A DNA stretch of 62,678 bases, the filler included, from Basidiobolus ranarum (Eukaryota): assembly GCA_040143965.1 (NCBI GenBank). It is 8 parts of 8 records of this genome, joined end to end, with 100 filler letters (N's around TTAATTAATTAA, not from the genome) between each part and the next. Parts side by side here need not be neighbours in the genome. Positions count along the whole stretch, not along the records: positions 15,738 to 23,495 come from JASJQH010001069.1; positions 23,596 to 31,349 come from JASJQH010001070.1; positions 31,450 to 39,192 come from JASJQH010001071.1; 5 more parts are not named here. One strand, written 5' to 3'. This document shows, one piece after another, positions 23,471 to 36,821 of the stretch; positions within the stretch are counted from its first letter, which is position 1, and each line of letters begins with the position of its first letter. Under the pieces are notes generated by a model. The model did not search any database. It was given only the letters and a program-made list of their open reading frames with translations, and was not told the origin of the DNA. The position numbers were made by a program, and so were the translations under genes.

Positions 23471-26400
23471 GGGGGGGGGGGGGGGGGGGGGGGGGNNNNN
23501 NNNNNNNNNNNNNNNNNNNNNNNNNNNNNNNNNNNNNNNTTAATTAATTAANNNNNNNNNNNNNNNNNNNNNNNNNNNNNNNNNNNNNNNNNNNNAGCCA
23601 TGAGCATGAATTGACTCCATGGTTTACTGAGCCTCCATCCAAATCTGACAGGATCAACAAGATCACGACCAAAAAGGATTTATGGAATGAAGAAAAAGGA
23701 ATCACATCCACGTTATCAAAAAGCGAAAACCTGCCGTCAAAGTCACTAACCATACATACTTGGTGGTAAATTCACACCAGCCAAGTTTCACTTCGCCAGT
23801 GAGGATCCTAAGACTATATCACCATACGTTCCTTAACTTTAAAGGATTACAGAAGGTCAGCGTGTATTCATTCTGGACCATTTGAGATGCGGCTACTAAT
23901 GAGATATTTGATGATCAAGAATAGGGGTCGGAGATAGTTCATTGCAATCTATCCCAATGCTCTGAATGAGGAAAGTAGAATTATACTAGATTTGAATTAG
24001 GAAAGGAAGGCGAGTGCTACGCTCAAAACCGGTCGAAGATGGAGCGAATGGATACAGACAAGAAAACGTGGATGCATCCAAATAACCTTTGTGAATAGAC
24101 ATGGACCAAATAAGGAATAAAATGAAACTATACTTGATTCCGCTTCATAGAGTTGGCATCACTAGAGCCGTACTCTAAAGAACATCCAGTATTTCCGCTC
24201 CTCATATATATGCTGCATATTACATGGCAGTCTGGAGCGGATGGAACCATTAAACTTCGCCAATAGCTCGAGATTCGTATCCTAGATAAGGAATAATTAA
24301 TATAGAAGTTACCATATCTGGACACACCAATCTTGATTCTTGAACCATATTACCTCGAACCATCCCCTCTTTAGAGTCACATCCAATACTAGCACATTCC
24401 AAACCGTAACAGGTGGTCCCAATATAGCGAGAGCATTCATGAAGACATGAACCCCATCCATGTTGTGTCACCTTTAGATCATGATACTTTTTATGGTCCA
24501 TCCTCAGAGCCATAATTCGGATGGTGCTTGAGCTTGATTATCCGCCACGAATCTACCGCCGTCTTGAAATGGAATAAGCCCAATGATGGTTAACGGGAAA
24601 TTTGCAGAATGGACTGTTATTCGTTGATTTCATCAGAGTACAACTGCAGAACCGTCGGAACACGCGTACAAAGAAATTAATTCCCTCCATGCTCTTCTGA
24701 TGACAAATAATTACTAAACCAATCTCACCCAGATATGGCAACTCTTTAGCAGTCTTCCATGTTACTCTACGCCATGACGTGTATTTCTTAGGGCTCGTTT
24801 GGTTTCTATAGAGTGTAACTTAGGGTGCTGCAATCTCCATATTACAGGCGGAGGGATGAATTTTGGCATAACTTAAACTTCAGGAATATTGGTCATTTGC
24901 GATTAGGAATACACCATTGCTGGTTCCAGTACCTGCTGCGTAGTACCAAAACTACTGATCTTCGTGCAGATGCCCGGGCAATTAGCCTATGGCTTTTCCC
25001 AGTCCTAGATCCGTGAGATCAGTGGAATCCATCGCAGCCTCTGCGTAGGATCATGTCTCGTTTGGTTGTCAATCGGCTGTTCAGGCCTTGCATTATCAAG
25101 GTTAGAGAAGTATGATGCTATTTTCATATTTCGAGTGGTGCCATTCTCACCATAAACAAAAACTCAATTGCTTTGATTTAGTATGGATCTACTTTTAGGA
25201 TCCAATCATTCTACCTATTGGCTGATGCGCCCTCAAGCCATTCAGACATATCCCGGCTTGAAATAGTCAATATTAGAACAAATATTTGAACACTGTTCAA
25301 TCAATTCAGACCGCCCCAGACGAGTCACTAAGTCGATATGTAACATTCTTGACAACAACTCTTGGCCGCACTCTACAACTCTGCAATTTTCACATGCATG
25401 TACTGATTCTCAAACGACTTGAACCTTATGATCGACCCTAATGACCAACTCAAGAAAGAATCTTGGTAATTTTCGTTGTTTCTGTACAACGCGACTACAA
25501 GCGTCGTTCGCCGTATGTCACTAGGCAGGAAGTTTAACTAGATTTCTCCATGGGAGCAGTAATGGTTACTCAGTTCAACTAAGGAATATTCAACCTCTGT
25601 CATATCGCATCCCATGCCATGTGCATGAAAAATGGATGAATCTAGCCCATTGGCAATGTACCTACTACTTTGAAAGTTACACCGGAATACATTATTTCTC
25701 AACATTACATAGCGTAATTCGGCGGCCATTTCCAATCAAAGACCAGTAAAATTTGTGTGGTGGTGTCGCTATGTGAGCTTCTTATTGTCATCTTCAACGT
25801 TTGTGATTCAGATAATTCAAATTGTAAGTTGGAGTTACAACCGTAGGAGGATACTATAGATGTTTATCGTTCTTATGGGAAAAATTACGCTCCAGAACAA
25901 TATTTAATTCCCACATATATGCCTTTTAACCTTGGTCTCAAATTCATTTAGATGATTAGACCATCCATGGCCAATCAAAGATCTACAATCCGGATCACTC
26001 TGATGTCTTAACTACACCAACATTTAACATAGCAAAGCGACGGTTGGGTTGTATCAAGGAATGAGAAAACCAGCCAAATTAAGCACAATGCTATAATTAC
26101 GGCCTGTCATCGGCTGTGATGTAAGCAGTACTCGGGGGTGAAATTCGTAACAACTTGTGGGCTCATACTAGATTTGAAACAATGTCTAAAGCGCCAGGCT
26201 AATGGAAGGCTGTCAATATTTATAAGCAACTACTCGAGAAGTCCCTATAAATAAACACAAACTAACACTGTGTTGTCATCACACCTAGCATCGGCTGACA
26301 ATCAAGTTGCCCTGACTACCAATGTATCTCGAATAATGCGTCTGCAAGTCGTGACGCATCCAAAGTCCTACAAAGTCCGTGTATTGGCTTTCATAGTGAA

Positions 26401-27444
26401 TGGGTGATATATATATAGCAATGGCCAGTTGGAATGGTGTGTGTGTGTGCTTAGTAACAAATTTAGCTTGGTGATGGAATTCACCCTGGTTAGGATCGAA
26501 ATCTGATGAAAGGGCATCACCATTGGATACATGATCAGGGGAATATATGGAGAGCTTATTAATAACATCGGAAAGCCCTATGATCGCTGGTCTGTAAATG
26601 CTGAATATATGACGAATTTGGATGATTATCTTTCTGATCTATCAACGCTTCCACTTCCCCCAAGCCTCTTGGAGAACCTTAAAAAAAAAGATCCAAAACA
26701 AGAGCACTTTAAAGTGACAAAAGAACTTGGTGGAACGGCTACGTATCAGGGCAACTCAAGCAAATGAAAACTCACCTACTCATGAATATGTGGTGACAAA
26801 GTATAATCCAAATCAAGGATCTTCAGATTTCTGTGAAACTAAGGTCACAGATCGTGCTACACCACTTTTCAATTTAATATACGTAAGATGGGCCAAGCGT
26901 TGGTTCACTTCAATCTGAAATCAGGAGATCGCTTACGCGATATTTGATAAACAGTACTTGTTGGGCGAAATGGGTAATTTGTTTACTCCTGGATAGACCA
27001 ATCCCGGGATTCCAACTCTTATGAGGTCTACGTAAATTTCCATGAGAGCTAATTTGTATTTCTGAAATTTGAAAGGTTAATTTAAGAATCCATTTGAGTT
27101 CATCCCAATGGTGCATTCGTAATCTTTTTTTCTTATTCGTTTTCGATTTTTTTCTAATTTAAATAAATACGTGGATTATTTTGTGTTTTCTTTTTAAATA
27201 CGACGTCGTCGCTGTTGAATCTCTCGACAATTCTATCCTTTTGTCTTCGAAAATTGATTGTAGCTTTAGTACACCTTCCAACTCCAGAAATACATATTTA
27301 GGCACTGACGAGGAGTCATTTCGTCAATATTTCTCGTTTATCTACTCCTATTCCTCATAAATATCACATCTGGTAGGTACTGGCCCTTCAGTTGAACATT
27401 ACGCATAGATACATCTTTACAAGTTTTCGTATACTTGTTTAACA

Positions 27445-28461
27445 ATGACCGCGCATACAATTCAAAAACCCAGTGTCAGAACCTCTCCATACGCTATGGC
27501 CAGACGTAAACGTTCGTTGAAAAATGCCCGTTCATCCTGTCGAGAAACAACGAAAAGAAATGTAACCAAAAAATCCGATCATCGTTCACCCAGCTCTGAT
27601 GATTCCGTTTCTCCTGGTCCTCGCATTCTGTCACCACGTGAACAAGTTTTGGCGGCTTACGCTGGCGTTTACGTCCCAAAATCAAATCACATCCAAGCAC
27701 CGGTCCTGAAGAGATTATTTGCATTCAAGAGTATCTTCATTCCATCACCTCGTCTGATTACGGTAGCAGCTAAACTGATACAAGCCCATTGGGAATCTCT
27801 GACTGTTTTCAACCAAACTCCCGGAAACTCTGAGGATCGGATGCAAACTGTTCGCTCCATGCATCTCACGGGTTACATATCAACCACTTTGGCAAGGTCC
27901 TCCATACTGCAGTCAAATTCTATTGTCTCACTTTTTCCATCCTTTCCTACGGTGGCGCTCATCTTTGCATTGGTATACGTTGAACGATTGAAGAAACTGC
28001 ATCCAAATGCAAGAGGAGAAACGGGTTGTGGACACCGTCTATTTTTAGTTTCGTATATGGTTGCTTGTAAGTATCTTCAGGGTCATTTATTGGCATGTGA
28101 AAGTCGAACTTCTCAGGGAGCCAAAGACTATGCCGCTGAAGTTCCCAACACGGACGAATCAACATCCGAGGATAGACAAAATGGCAATTCACATGTTCCC
28201 GCATCCGTTCTATCTTCTATCATTCTACCCAATGAACAATGGGCTCGTCTGAGTGGTGTTTTCTCTACTCCTGAGCTAACTCGAATGGAATTGGAGCTAC
28301 TAGCATTTTTACAATTTGACTTGTATGTATCATACGAGGATTTTATCTACCATTGGACTAAATATATGGACATTAATCAACTAGTTCCCAGTGAACAACT
28401 TTCGGCAAATATTCAGTATGAGGAAACAGAAAGTGAAGAATGTGTAGTGCCCGACTTCTAA
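27445..28461 (+). CDS. Pho85-cyclin (Pcl/Pho80)-like cyclin, intronless
   Basis: VALIFALVYVERLKK, CGHRLFLVSYMVACKYL, NEQWARLSGVFSTPELTRMELELLAFLQFDLYV cyclin-box motifs. Confidence 0.85.
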   Translation: MTAHTIQKPSVRTSPYAMARRKRSLKNARSSCRETTKRNVTKKSDHRSPSSDDSVSPGPRILSPREQVLAAYAGVYVPKSNHIQAPVLKRLFAFKSIFIPSPRLITVAAKLIQAHWESLTVFNQTPGNSEDRMQTVRSMHLTGYISTTLARSSILQSNSIVSLFPSFPTVALIFALVYVERLKKLHPNARGETGCGHRLFLVSYMVACKYLQGHLLACESRTSQGAKDYAAEVPNTDESTSEDRQNGNSHVPASVLSSIILPNEQWARLSGVFSTPELTRMELELLAFLQFDLYVSYEDFIYHWTKYMDINQLVPSEQLSANIQYEETESEECVVPDF

Positions 28462-31400
28462 ACGTACAATTCTGGAATATACTATTTGGTGCTACTAATA
28501 AGGGAATGATTACTCATCCATATATGCACCTCTATATCCACTTGCATTTATACACTTCTCTACACTTCTTGGCTGAAGAAATCACTTATCCGAACACCAT
28601 GACTCGTTGTTGTGCCAATTGCTTGTAACCACCGGGGAAGTTCATGTCGATTTATGTATTATAGTATTAGCTTCTTTTCCGGAATCCCAGCCAATTCCAT
28701 CTCATCCCATTCACTCAGATCTAGATTTTTATATAGTCTAATATTGCGGTTATTTGCCTTTGCTCACTCTACCCATGTATATTTATTAAGCAACATTCAT
28801 TAGAAACAGCCAACAAGATCATATCAATTAAGTAAACAAACATCCTATTACACCCAACGTTTCTTTCCCGCTATTGCAAGTCATTGCTGGCATCAGATGA
28901 TGCGTTATGGGATGAGGTGGAAGCTCTGAGGTCTGACTGATGCGATTGTTGGTCTCACAATCCATGTCGATTGGAGATTATGGGCACCTCCACAGAGCAT
29001 TCATGTTCGCAGTACTTTACACATTGGTTGGAGGGGATGTAGTATTTCAAACCAGCAACACGTATTGGTTGATTCGCCAAGTGTCACGACCACTTTGGGA
29101 ATTTATCGTCGCTCTGATCGTGTTTAAACTCTAGACTCAAAAACGAAGGATTTAAATCGCATTGTGATCTGGGGTTACCTACAAGAATATAAGCATCCGA
29201 GTTGATGCAAGTATTTCAATGTAAGGGTTTATGGTTGCTAACCTATTGATCCCTAAACCAACATATTCAGGGATTGCATGGTAAGTCTGCCCTGTTTCCA
29301 CTTCCCAAAACAAGCTACTCTTCAAGTCTTAAGTCCTCTCCCAATCTGAATGATAGCGTTTTCCAGTAAGAGTTTCGGGAGGACTTGAAACATATTCTTA
29401 GATAACAGAGCGCAATCTCCTCTCTATAGAGCAGATAACTATGAATAGCATTCTATTCATTTCGCTTCATCTTCAGGTGCGTCATTGATGTACCTGTGAT
29501 GATGGCGCAGTGGATGGTTTAACATCTGACTACAGCGGTTATACAAAGGATTCATTTTGCACCCACCGTACTAACCTATCATCGTAGACGCGTAAACGCA
29601 ATTGAGAAGTTGATTCCTGATGTGGTAAGTGCAGCCGAAGGATCTAGCTCTCTGGTGGGTAAGGTGGTGCAAGCAAGTTGGCGACTGCTCACTTTACTAC
29701 TGTGATAGAGGATTAAGCACTTGCATATGGGTTCAAAAGGTATGTTCTAGACCTGCGCCTATGTGCATATTTCAAACATGTATTGCTGTTAATTCACCTA
29801 AAGCTCAATGGGAAAGGATTGGTCAAGCATAAACAGGACGCGCAACGTCAGTGATACCCACACGAAAAGATTGTAAGTGGTTCAGTGTACAAGTCTGGTT
29901 ATTTGAAGCATCACAGAGCACTTTTTTGGAAATCCAGCTGAACATCATATGCGAGATCGTAGTTGTCGTCGATTCCCATTACTGGGATCATATCCGATAG
30001 TTAGTGTATATGGTTGTGATACATATTTGATTAAATCAGGGCACACCATGCAGTAGATGGTATGCCATTTTGAAAAAAGTGAAATCAACCTCTTAACATG
30101 ATCCCAGCATCCGACACTTCCGTGCTGAAAATCTAGTTGCAAAGACCTGTTGCCATCCAAGAATAGTCCCATGTTATCATATGGATTTCTCTCCACCCCA
30201 CGAAATCATTACATTCCATATGGGAATGGGTTTCCACACTGTTCCTGTATCAATGAGTTGAGATTAACAGGCTTGATTCGGACAATAGATGCTCACTGTT
30301 ATACCATTTACCTAATTTTTTCAATAGCCACTGGATACAATTGTCGAGAGGGTCCTGGTATTATGAACCTGACTTGGGGGAGTAGCTTGCAGCTAAACAG
30401 GTTAGTGAGGAGGTGGACGAGCGAGGGTTGATTGTAACATGGGGTGTTGATGGTGAGATAGTCGAAGCTCAGTAAACAATGGTGATTACGAAATAGTCGT
30501 GGAAATGCAAATTCTTGGCTTCTCAGTATCAACCAAGGGGCACTGGCCCCTATGTTTTATCATCACAAATTGTTTCATAGTTGAAGAGGAAAATCTAGTT
30601 CAATAGTCTCTGTATCCTCATTGTTTGGATTTGGCACATATACATTTGATTCGAAGAGTTCCTGCGGTAGTAAACTATTTTTAAATGGAATTTCTTAACC
30701 AAGCATTTCATCTGCAGGAACCATACCCTTCACCCTCGATCTTAGTTTACTCGAATACGACGTATAGGTCTTTTTGCTGATCAATCACTAGATATCCACC
30801 GATACCAGAGCTAATTAATAATTTTATCACCATGACTGAGTATCATATTCTATCAAACCTTAATTCTATTACTCAGCATGTCATCAAATATGTACACCTC
30901 CATTTGTTATTGAGTGCTCCTTTTATTACTAGACATCTCGGACATCTACATATTTCCGTTGGTCTTTCTGCGCATTACTAGCTTTCCAAATTAATCATCA
31001 AATCCTAATAGCGACATTTAAAGATTTTGCTGGGCATGTAAAATTCCCTATGAAAACCAGATTGCCCTTTTTCAAGGATGTCACTATTGAGTCCTGGGCA
31101 GAGTCATATAGGTGTTTGGATGAGGTACTGTAGCAACTAAATGGATGCTTCTAATGTGACCAGCCGCTTCATATATCAGAATTTAGAGTGTGGATGAGTT
31201 AGGTTATATAATTGGATCTACTTCTTCAGTGCTAGTTATAACTGTTGAAGTTTATTGTCTTTATCATATATGTTATCCCTATCTTTATACACCTAACTAT
31301 TTCATATATCACATATTAGTTAGTCAACATTATTTAGTCAAATATCACTNNNNNNNNNNNNNNNNNNNNNNNNNNNNNNNNNNNNNNNNNNNNTTAATTA

Positions 31401-32929
31401 ATTAANNNNNNNNNNNNNNNNNNNNNNNNNNNNNNNNNNNNNNNNNNNNCTTTGGTGGGAGAAGTTATACAAAGTGGCACTGCAACCACCTTTGTATGTC
31501 TTGCTGAAGATCCTGAAGCTCTTCAGAGATCCCAACCTGAACTTTTTGAGCAAATTCGTCGCACTTATCCTCAAGTTGTCCAAGGTGTCTAAGCTCTCAG
31601 TTTCTAAAGTGTGAATAACCGTTAAAACCATTACTATCATGCTCGCCTAGATGTAACATTTCTCCATGTAAATCTCACGACTTTTCTGTTGAATAAATGA
31701 ATAATAATAATATAGCAATGAATCTGATTAAATGCCCTCATCATGATGTAGAGCAAGCTGATCAATTATGTTTGGGACACTTGACTAAACTGATCATTAT
31801 GAGATCTAGTAGTATTATCAAAAGTTTATTCATCAAAATTATCCAAAATCTGGAATCTATCATCAGTTGTTCTAGTGAGTGGCTTTACTTCGAACAGTTT
31901 ATAGTTAGAAACGATTTTTTGAGAACTTCTTTAGCACAGTACAGAGTATGATGTTTCTGCATAATAATTTGTAAGAATTCCATCATATTAATAATTTTCC
32001 TTTTTCAATTAAGTTCCCCGCTTTTGTTCTTTGATTGACGAGAACCACCTTGAGTTTCTGCAAAGTTCTTGTTGTTTACTTGAGAACCGGCGTTGACGTA
32101 TGTACATGGTGGTGTGATATTCTGTTCATTGGTTTTTGACCTCGAATTATTTATCAAGTTGAAGCAATAGTAAGTCGTATTATTTTCGAAGCTGGGCTAT
32201 AGGCAACTTTTAAACTTAACCTTGTATTATATAACTGTTACGGATTGTACTGACGGTATCGGCAGAGAATTCGTCGTTCAACGTCGTTTTAATTTCTCGT
32301 ACCTTGTCAAAGTTAGAAGGGTTGAGTTCAAAAATATCGTCTGTACACTTCTATTGCCAACTGGCTCGTTGATAACACATTCAGTATGAACTTTTGGTTT
32401 CAAGAATTTCAGCAAGACTTTTACGTAATTTTTACAATCATTGAATCAAACTTTAACTCCATTTTAGTCTACTTTCTACAATTTAGGCATGCATAGTGAA
32501 ATACACAAATGTGCTTTGAATACGAAAGAACATGAAAGACTGCAAAGTCTTCAAGGAATTGAGTGTAGACATTTATTCGAGTGGTTGAATTAACGTATCT
32601 GAATCAACCTAGAAACTTTAGGCAAGACTTGTGTTTACTTTTTCGTCAGAGCTTTTTAAATAAAATGATATGTTCTTCTTGGCCCATGTGCACTCAATTT
32701 GATTAATTACTTTTCAATCCAGAACCAGAAATCGAGGTAAATTATGGTGATGTGTCAAATCAATGGACATTAAAAAATTTTAATTTCCATTCCTGAAAAG
32801 GGAATTCGATACTCAGCAACTCCTCGGATTCGACGAGGCGACCTATAAAGATGTAATCGATAATTGTTTAATCCTCCTTTTACCTGGCTGTTATTTTTCT
32901 TGGCGCGTGTGCCTATTTACTGCAGCATC

Positions 32930-34256
32930 ATGGACACTCTTATCTTGCGTGGAACTCTTCAAGGTATGCATCTTTAATAAACAATCGCTTTTCCTTGCGA
33001 GTTGATCACTCGTTACCTGCATCATCTACGGGATGGATGTATTGGATTCTCTTAAAGATAGCCAGAGTATATATTGACCTTTAGCTTATTCCAGGTCACA
33101 CCAACTGGGTTACCTCCATCGCCACCACCCCTGAGAACCCTGATATGATCTTGTCCGCTTCTCGCGGTATGTACCCTTTATTCCGTCAGAACCACCGGTT
33201 CATATGTTGATAAATCTTTTTTATAGACAAGTCCATCATCATCTGGAACCTCACTCGCGATGAATCCAACTATGGTGTCCCTCGTAAGGCTCTCCACGGC
33301 CACAACCACTTCATTCAAGATGTTGCTATTTCATCTGATGGTCAATTCGCTCTCTCTGCTTCCTGGGATAAGACCCTTCGTCTTTGGGATCTTAACACTG
33401 GTGTCACCACCCGCAGATTCGTTGGCCATACTGGTGATGTTTTGTCTGTTGCTTTCTCTGCTGATAACCGTCAAATCGTTTCCAGTGGTCGTGACAAGTC
33501 CATCAAGTTGTGGAACACTCTTGGAGAGTGCAAGTACAACCTTACCGAGAACGGTCATAGTGACTGGGTTTCTTGCGTTAGATTCTCCCCTAACCCCGCC
33601 AACCCTGTCATCGTTTCTGGTGGTTGGGATAAACTCGTAAAGGTATGGATTATTTCAGTTTCAGTGTCCGGTTGGAGAATATATGATGTTTGAATATATT
33701 TGCTACTTCAGAGACAAGGTTCGCCCCTTGCAATGAGACAAACATTCACCATTTTCTGATTATTCTCTTTCCGTGACTATTGCTTCAATTCAGCCACGAG
33801 AGCATCGTTAGTAACTTCTCACTTTTGCAATAGGTTTGGGATCTCTCCAAGTGCAAGATCCGTACCAACCATATTGGTCATACCGGTTACATCAACACCG
33901 TCACCATCTCTCCTGATGGTTCTCTCTGCGCTACTGCTGGTAAGGATGGTGTTGTCATGTTGTGGGATCTCAACGATGGTAAGCACCTTTACTCTTTGGA
34001 AGCCGGAGATGAAGTCCATGCTTTGATCTTCAGCCCCAACAGATACTGGCTTTGCGCTGCCACCTCATCTGGCATTAAGATTTGGGATCTTGAATCCAAG
34101 TCTGTTGTTGATGAGCTTCGTCCTGAGTTCGTTGGTGTTGGTCGTAAGTCTAACGATCCTCACTGCGTCTCCCTTGCTTGGTCTGCCGATGGTAATACCT
34201 TGTTCTCTGGTTACACCGACAACGAGATTCGTGTCTGGCAAGTCATCAGAGCTTAA
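32930..34256 (+). CDS. ASC1: RACK1 / G-beta-like 40S WD40 protein (exons 32930-32963, 33095-33166, 33228-33642, 33834-34256)
   Basis: [52 protein letters not shown]. Confidence 0.97.
33675..33767 (+). ncRNA. SNR24: Box C/D snoRNA U24/snR24 in RACK1 intron 3
   Basis: Box C ATGATGT 33683-33689, guide ATATTTGCTACT (complementary to LSU AGUAGCAAAUAU) followed by D' CAGA, C' ATGAGAC, box D CTGA 33756-33759, terminal stem GAGAATA/TATTCTC. U24 is known to reside in the yeast ASC1 intron. Confidence 0.9.
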
Positions 34257-34793
34257 GTGTAAACTTTGCTCTACTTTTAATTCCTTAAATTGGATATCTA
34301 GTATTTTAATAAAATCGCAATTTTGTTTGCACTCTAAAGCTATCATTTAACCAAGTGCCAAGTAAAGAAAATGCGAAGAAACAGCAGGTACTTTGTTATG
34401 ATTATCTTGGAATCTTGAGAATCCCCAAGAATCACCTAATCCATCATCCGTGATACCATGATCCTATTGGCCTCATCACCATAGTCTTATAATATGTGAG
34501 AATTCTATAGTTTCATAATTTCAATATCTCACCATCTACCTCAAAATTGTCCCATTAGGAATAAGCGATATTATCTCGTATCGGATAAAATTCCATCGTT
34601 ACTTGTATGCATCTTTATTTCGTATTGATATTCAACATTGTGTAAAGGGGGAAAATACAAGAAATAACTGTGCCACTTTGTTATCTAGCTTCTAAAATAC
34701 GAGGGGCTTCTAAACATTTGTAAATAAGTCAGTTTAACTTTATCATTTTAACTGGGAAGTTGAACGTATTAAAAGGTGAAAACTTGGTAATCA

Positions 34794-36303
34794 ATGGGGA
34801 ACACGAACTCATCTCAACCTGAAAATAAAGCTCCTGAAGCAGTTACATATACTTCACAAGAACACTACAACAACCTACAAGCTGATAAACCCTTAAGAAC
34901 CGCGAAAGGAACCAATGGAGGAGGCGGTAGAAACCCACCTGAGAGTTCAAGACCACTTTCTATACGTAAAGTGTTATTGAACAAACCTCAGTTTCAACCC
35001 AACATTTCGAACTCCCCTTTCGTAGGCTCTCCGTTAATGTCCACAGATGAGTTTGATATGCCTTCTGATTCACCAGTGGTTAGAACTGGTTCGCCCTCTG
35101 CTGGTAAACATACATTACAACCAGACTCTTTTCCCTCTAGTTTTCCTAGTAACGAGGATCATTCAACTAAAAGTGAAGGTTCGTATCGTTTTCCTTATGT
35201 CATTGTATCTTAACGAGCTCAACATTTATACTTGAACTTTTGAATTAGCTTCGATCTCCCCCGAAGTTAGAGTCATTCACGGCTTTGGTCCTGTACCAGA
35301 TGGTATGTGATTGTTTACTTGTCTATCATTGTGTTTTATTTCGGACTGAATATTGATGCAACATAGATACACCAGAGATAGACCCCCTTATACCAACGAT
35401 AATATCCTGGTCACATGGAGGTACTAATGTCTATGTTACTGGAACCTTCAATGGGTGGAAGCATAAAATTCGACTTAACCGAAGGTAACTCATCCCTTCA
35501 CCCTACGTACAGTGAAAGTATTGGTGATATTGATGTAATTCATTTTAGTACTAGTGACTTTACTACGGTGATCGACTTTCCACCAGGCAGACATAGATTA
35601 AAGTTCATTGTGGATGAAGAATGGAAATGTTCCAATGATCTGTTAATCGCACCTGATGCAGATGGTAATCTGGTCAATTTTATCGATGTTTCCCCGACTG
35701 GAGATGAAATTTCCGGACTACAATGTAATCAAGAAGGAGACGGTAATTCCGAGAATCAAAATACTCCAGGTATGACTTTATTGATCCCTTTTAACGCCTT
35801 CAATGAACCATTGGAAAGTTTATATGTTGATGCTAAGAATTGTATTAACAAGTTATCAATGTTCATTACATTTAGTATCTCCTCCTGGATCACCATCCGG
35901 AAGTTATTCAAATATCATACCGGAATACTTGACTAGTTCAGATAAAAGAGATCCATCGAATACACCCGTAAGTGGAGATTCGAAGGGAGCTAAAAAGCCA
36001 CCGATATTGCCACCTCATCTAGAAAAGGTGCTACTTAATAGTGCGTTAGTTTCGAATGATGATCCCATGGCACTACCAGTCCCAAATCATGTCGTTTTAA
36101 ATCATTTATATGCTTGCTCCATCAGAGATGGTGTAATGGCGGTTGCAGGCACTACAAGATATCGCCAGAAAGTAAGTAGTTCAACCATTTCATCCTTCAT
36201 TCACGTTATCTTCCCTTCACTTCATTTTATTCGAGCTAATTTTCACTTCATTTCATTTCCACAGTACATGTCTACCGTATATTATAGGCCAGTTACTATG
36301 TAA
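34794..36303 (+). CDS. AMPK/SNF1 beta subunit (Sip2/Gal83 family), about 6 exons
   Basis: Myristoylation-type MGNTNSS; carbohydrate-binding module (WSHGGTNVYVTGTFNGW, HRLKFIVDEEW); ASC domain PPILPPHLEKVLLN..LPVPNHVVLNHLYACSIRDGV..TTRYRQK|YMSTVYYRP. Confidence 0.95.
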
Positions 36304-36821
36304 ATGGGAGATGTGGATTTTCAATGTTAAAAAGTGAAAATCATTCCGGAAGGCTTCCTTTCTCTCTTACCAGAAAGTAAACGGTTACTCTCCCAGATAA
36401 ATGAGTCCATTTTCTACCCTAGATAATGGATACCAATTTCTTATCTATTCATTCATTTCGTATATTTACTTTGGAATCTTTTCATCTTGGACACTTCCCC
36501 TCATGCAATCTTATATCCAATGCTCTCCCCTCTATCTCTCTACCTGCAAGGCATCTGCTATATTCTTTGAACTATAATTCTCTCTCTCCCCCATTCCCCA
36601 TTTTGATGTAAATATATTAATAAATATATATTTCATTCATTATTTACTAGATGAATAGATTGAGAATAGTAGGAATATACGCAAAGGGAAAGGACAAGGA
36701 AAATGGAAATAGGTTACAAGCGAATAACGAAAGAAGCTGTACTTTAGAAAATATTTTATTGTTAGGAATGTATATTACGTCAATAACCTAACCTAAATTC
36801 ACGAACTCTCTCATCATCCAG

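Noticed and set aside
23471-23495. Poly-G run as a G-quadruplex element
   Set aside because: It lies exactly at a contig end, so its length is unreliable and it probably caused the assembly break.
23596-26950. Coding-like fragments (LGGKFTPAKFHFAS; minus-strand DGVHVFMNALAILGPP..; 26531-26918)
   Set aside because: Multiple stops and frameshifts with no motif I can assign confidently; probably TE or gene relics.
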